A stretch of DNA of 61,456 nucleotides from Acidobacteriota bacterium. Lineage in GTDB: Bacteria; Acidobacteriota; Terriglobia; Acidiferrales; UBA7541. The notes below the pieces were generated by a model. The model did no database searches, was not told the DNA's origin, and saw only the letters and a program-made list of their open reading frames with translations. Shown piece by piece: positions 58,184-61,456 of this stretch; position 1 is the stretch's first letter; each line of letters begins with the position of its first letter. The translations under genes and the position numbers were made by a program. The stretch covers positions 1 to 61,456 of the forward strand of contig JAGWOX010000001.1 in NCBI GenBank assembly GCA_028877145.1. The letters are read 5' to 3'.

Positions 58184-59089
58184 CTACTTGGCGGCCTGGG
58201 TGGTCTTCAGTCCAAACGCCTGGGATTGAAATTCCAGATCCTCGGGAATGCGCGCGGCGAAATACTGCCAATCATGTCCGCCCGGATACAAATGGAATAC
58301 GTGCGGGACGCGTCGCGCGTTTAGGATCTTGTTCAATTCCGTCGCGCCGTATTCAAAACCGTAGCTGTCCTGCTCTCCACAATCGAATTCGATCTTCAAT
58401 CCATTCAGATCCGCCGTCCGCGCCAGATGCAGCGGATCGTTCCGGTCCCAATACGCGTGATTGAATGGATTCCCGAACACGCGGTCGAGAAGACGGAAAA
58501 CAGGCAACGACTGCTCGCCGGCCGCGTTCACCCGTGGCAGGTTCGGAATCAGCGCCGCGCTGGACGCCGTCACCGCGCCGAACAATTCCGGATGGCTGAA
58601 CGCCAGATGCAGCGCACCGTACCCGCCCATCGACACACCGCCGATGCCCCGGTACTTCCGTCCCGCGAGCGTGCGGTAATTCCGCTCGATGAACGGCATG
58701 AATTCCCGCAGAAAAAAATCCTCGTACCGCTCGCGACCGCCGTACGAATTGATGTAGAAACTCGCGCCGGCATTGGGCGTGACGATCAGGAACTGGCCCA
58801 GTTGCCCGCTCCCCCACGCATCCTCGATATCGTTCATCGCGCCGGATTCGATCAGCATCTGCGCGTTGCCGCCAAGACCATGCAGGAAATAGACGACCGG
58901 GAACCGCCGCGTCTTGTCCGTGTCGTAACTCGGCGGCAGCAAAATGCAATAAGGAACGGAATGCCCCAGGATGCGGCTCGGCGCCGCCCGGCATTCGGCG
59001 CGCCCCGTCGCCGCACGCGCCGGCCCCGCGATGGCGAGGCACAACAAGGCAACCGAAATCGCAAGCCCCACACGATGGCGCCTATTCAT
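58184..59089 (-). CDS. Secreted esterase (esterase D / putative-esterase family alpha/beta hydrolase)
   Basis: Has a signal peptide. FPVVYFLHGLGGN and GIGGVSMGGYGALHLAF (GxSxG nucleophile elbow). Confidence 0.8.
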   Translation of the reverse strand: MNRRHRVGLAISVALLCLAIAGPARAATGRAECRAAPSRILGHSVPYCILLPPSYDTDKTRRFPVVYFLHGLGGNAQMLIESGAMNDIEDAWGSGQLGQFLIVTPNAGASFYINSYGGRERYEDFFLREFMPFIERNYRTLAGRKYRGIGGVSMGGYGALHLAFSHPELFGAVTASSAALIPNLPRVNAAGEQSLPVFRLLDRVFGNPFNHAYWDRNDPLHLARTADLNGLKIEFDCGEQDSYGFEYGATELNKILNARRVPHVFHLYPGGHDWQYFAARIPEDLEFQSQAFGLKTTQAAK

Positions 59090-60461
59090 ATCGCAGCGCC
59101 TCGACCGGATTGAGCTTCGCCGCCCGCGCCGCCGGATAAATCCCCGCCGCCAGGCTCACGCCCACGGCGAACGCAATCGCGCCAACGGCCAGCCACCACG
59201 GCACGGCCGAAACATCGACGGAAGGCAAGCTCCGTCGATGCAGATAGAAATTCGTTCCCCACGTCAGCATCCGCCCGATGAACCAGCCCAGCCCGACGCC
59301 GAATACGCCACCCAGAATGCCCATCACACCCGCCTCGGCAAAAAAGAGCTGCTTCACATCGCTATCCGCTGCGCCAAGCGCCTTCAGCACGCCTATCTCG
59401 CGTCGCCGCTCCAGAATCGCCATCACCAGCGTGTTCACGATGCCGAGCGTCGCCACGGCCAGGGCCAGGCTGCCGAAGATGCCGAGCAGCAGATCGAGCA
59501 GCGCGAAGAGCAGCCGCAGGTTTCGCGAAGTGTCAAAAAGCGAAAACGTGCGGAAGCCCATTTTCTTGATCTCGTTCTCGACCGGTTCCACATCGGCGCT
59601 GCGCTTCACTCGCACCGTCAGGCTCGCGTACCGCTGTCCGCCGCCCGCGTTCGGCCCTTGCAGCACATCCCGCAGATCGCTGATCTGCGTGGCCTGGAGC
59701 GACTGCGCCACCGGCAAGGGTATATACACCAGCGTTCGCCCGAACCCTCCGAATCCCGCTTCCGGCTCGCGCTCGATGAGGCCGACGATTTGCAGCCTCT
59801 TCTGCCGCGGCACAACCGAGAATCCCGCGGCCCCGCCCTGGGCGCCGCTTGCCGAGCCACCCGTAGCGTTCGCTCCCGCGTCGCTCGCCGCGGTCTGCGC
59901 GCTCAGCGATTCGCGCGCCGCATAGCGGAGCACCAGATCTTTCCCGATGAGCGAGGCGGGATCTTTCGACAGCTCGCGGGCAAAGCGGATATTCAGGATC
60001 GCTTCATCCGCCGTCGCGCTCGAAAAGAACCTTCCCTGCATCCCATCGAACGCGCCGTCGTTGCGGTCCGATTCCGGCAGTCCCGCGACAGCGGTGGTAT
60101 AGGGAATGTTCTCGTAACGCAGTTCGGTGACGAACTGGATCTGCGGGTAGACGCCGATAACGTTCGCCAGGTGTTCCATCTCCCCGCGCGCCGCTTCGTC
60201 GAGCACGCGCGGATTTTCCACGGGCGCGCGCGTCTCTTCCCCAAATTCGCCCAAATTCGTCCGCGCTGCGACGAAAATCGCATTGAACAGCCCGGAACTG
60301 GCCAGCCGCTGATTGGTGAATTGTTCTAGTCCCACGCCGAGCGACAGCATCGCCACCAGCGACGCGACTCCCACCGCCACGCCCAGCGTCGTCAGCGAGT
60401 TGCGCAGCAGCGCCTCTCGCAGGTTGCGCAGCGCCAGCTCGCCCAGGTCGCTCGCCTTCAT
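59082..60461 (-). CDS. ABC transporter permease (MacB/FtsX type with a large periplasmic domain)
   Basis: LALRNLREALLRNSLTTLGVAVGVASLVAM ... LKALGA ... AARAAKLNPVEALRYE. Confidence 0.85.
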   Translation of the reverse strand: MKASDLGELALRNLREALLRNSLTTLGVAVGVASLVAMLSLGVGLEQFTNQRLASSGLFNAIFVAARTNLGEFGEETRAPVENPRVLDEAARGEMEHLANVIGVYPQIQFVTELRYENIPYTTAVAGLPESDRNDGAFDGMQGRFFSSATADEAILNIRFARELSKDPASLIGKDLVLRYAARESLSAQTAASDAGANATGGSASGAQGGAAGFSVVPRQKRLQIVGLIEREPEAGFGGFGRTLVYIPLPVAQSLQATQISDLRDVLQGPNAGGGQRYASLTVRVKRSADVEPVENEIKKMGFRTFSLFDTSRNLRLLFALLDLLLGIFGSLALAVATLGIVNTLVMAILERRREIGVLKALGAADSDVKQLFFAEAGVMGILGGVFGVGLGWFIGRMLTWGTNFYLHRRSLPSVDVSAVPWWLAVGAIAFAVGVSLAAGIYPAARAAKLNPVEALRYE

Positions 60462-61165
60462 CGTTTCACCCCGTCGCTCAAAAGCTTCCCGTCGCCGAGT
60501 GTCACGATGCGGTCGGCAAACCGCTCGGCTAGATTGGCCTCGTGCGTCACCATCACCACCGTCATACCCAATGTCTGTTTGAGTTCGCTGATCAGGCTCA
60601 GAACCTCGACGCCCGTCTTGCTGTCCAGGTTTCCCGTGGGTTCGTCGGCCAGCAGGATGGTAGGACGGTTCACGAGCGCCCGGGCGAGCGCCGCGCGCTG
60701 CTGTTCGCCGCCGGAAAGCTCGCCCGGCCTGTGCGCCGTCCGCTTTTCCAGATGAACGCGCTCGAGGGCTTCCTTCACCCGCGCCGCCCGCTCCGCGCGA
60801 TCCACTTCCGCCAGTCGCAGCGGCAGCTCGACGTTTTCCTCCAGCGTCATGCGCGGCAGCAGATTGAACGCCTGAAAAACCATCCCCACGGTCCGGCTGC
60901 GGTACCGCGCCAGTTCGAGCGAGCTCATCCCGCCCAGTTCGCGCGATTCCACCCAGATCTCGCCATCCGTTGGACGGTCGAGTCCCGCCAGCAAATTGAG
61001 CAGCGTGGATTTCCCCGAACCCGAAGCCCCCAGCAGCGCGAGAAATTCGCCGCGCTCGATTCCAAGCGTCACATCGTCCACCGCCCGAATGACCGCTTCC
61101 CCGATCTTGTAATGCCGCGATACCCGCTCGGCCCGGATCGCCAACCCGTCGTTTGTCGTCGTCAT
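60458..61165 (-). CDS. ABC transporter ATP-binding protein (MacB/LolD-like)
   Basis: GASGSGKSTLLNLL, LSGGEQQRAALARAL, ILLADEPTGNLD. ATG 61165 follows GAGGGA. Confidence 0.9.
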   Translation of the reverse strand: MTTTNDGLAIRAERVSRHYKIGEAVIRAVDDVTLGIERGEFLALLGASGSGKSTLLNLLAGLDRPTDGEIWVESRELGGMSSLELARYRSRTVGMVFQAFNLLPRMTLEENVELPLRLAEVDRAERAARVKEALERVHLEKRTAHRPGELSGGEQQRAALARALVNRPTILLADEPTGNLDSKTGVEVLSLISELKQTLGMTVVMVTHEANLAERFADRIVTLGDGKLLSDGVKR

Positions 61166-61456
61166 GTCCCTCACGATGGTACTACACGCCAAGCGCCCGC
61201 TCCGTTTCCCTTCTTTGGCAGATCATGGGAGCAAACTCGGCGTGGATCGGACCTGCAACCGCCAAACTTGCCCAGCGTGAAACCACAAAGGGTGCCCCAC
61301 CCTTCGGTTGAAGCTGTGAAGAAACCGTTTGGCAGGGCCGGTATCGCTTGGGATGAACTCCGCGCGACCGTTTTTTGTGGCTTTGCTGACGGCGGCCTGT
61401 GGGTAGCTGGCTTTCGCTGTCAAACGGCCTGTGCTGTGGCTGTCCGTAGTCGGATC

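Noticed and set aside
61193-61456. Right-edge 264 nt with slightly lower GC, a 66-aa minus ORF (61223..61423) and a T-run (61371..61376)
   Set aside because: No Shine-Dalgarno, no recognisable protein or RNA family, and no convincing hairpin before the T-run. There is too little sequence before the window ends to make a call.

Overview
High-GC chromosomal segment (roughly 60-65% GC by eye) from a diderm bacterium, since BamA, Lol, TonB and TolC are all present. Gene content and repeat style fit Acidobacteriota-like genomes, but I cannot verify that. About 50 protein genes are tightly packed, and many start/stop junctions are 4-nt ATGA or TTGA overlaps.

Gene order:
- Housekeeping run on the minus strand: bamA (5' part; its 3' end runs off the window), clpC, lolD, a LolC/E permease, lysS.
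- Plus strand: an orphan gene, an ECF sigma / anti-sigma / DUF4097 module, aroK.
- A secreted double-PDZ protein.
- A 1.5-kb lower-GC islet with one orphan ORF.
- recG, rsmD, a beta-carbonic-anhydrase-like orphan, a long TonB, DinB.
- A class V aminotransferase, a HAD hydrolase, a VOC protein.
- A complete lpdA-lipB-E1alpha-E1beta-E2 2-oxoacid dehydrogenase operon.
- A secreted tandem-domain protein divergent from a MocR/GntR regulator.
- A compact 10-gene membrane-bound [NiFe]-hydrogenase cluster: small subunit, large subunit, cytochrome b, maturation protease, hypC, hypD, hypE, hypA, hypB, hypF.
- A tandem Usp.
- An ArsR-TolC-MFP-RND-DUF2892 efflux operon, divergent from a CzcCBA-type heavy-metal RND operon.
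- A REP-associated tyrosine transposase (RAYT) embedded in its own REP palindromes.
- An ABC (MacB/FtsX-type) transporter plus esterase operon.

I saw no rRNA, tRNA, CRISPR array or IS element other than the RAYT.

I did not find a clear multi-gene novel system such as a defence island. The best leads are:
1. The hydrogenase small subunit has Asn where the second proximal-cluster Cys normally sits (DCAGN versus CxGC). The large subunit has RICAVC instead of RICGVC.
2. The RAYT/REP locus, including a REP copy in frame inside the RAYT gene.
3. The lower-GC orphan islet between the PDZ gene and recG.
4. The secreted tandem-repeat protein paired with a MocR regulator.
5. Three distinct families of short palindromic repeats.

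The many long ORFs antisense to real genes are high-GC artefacts and were rejected.
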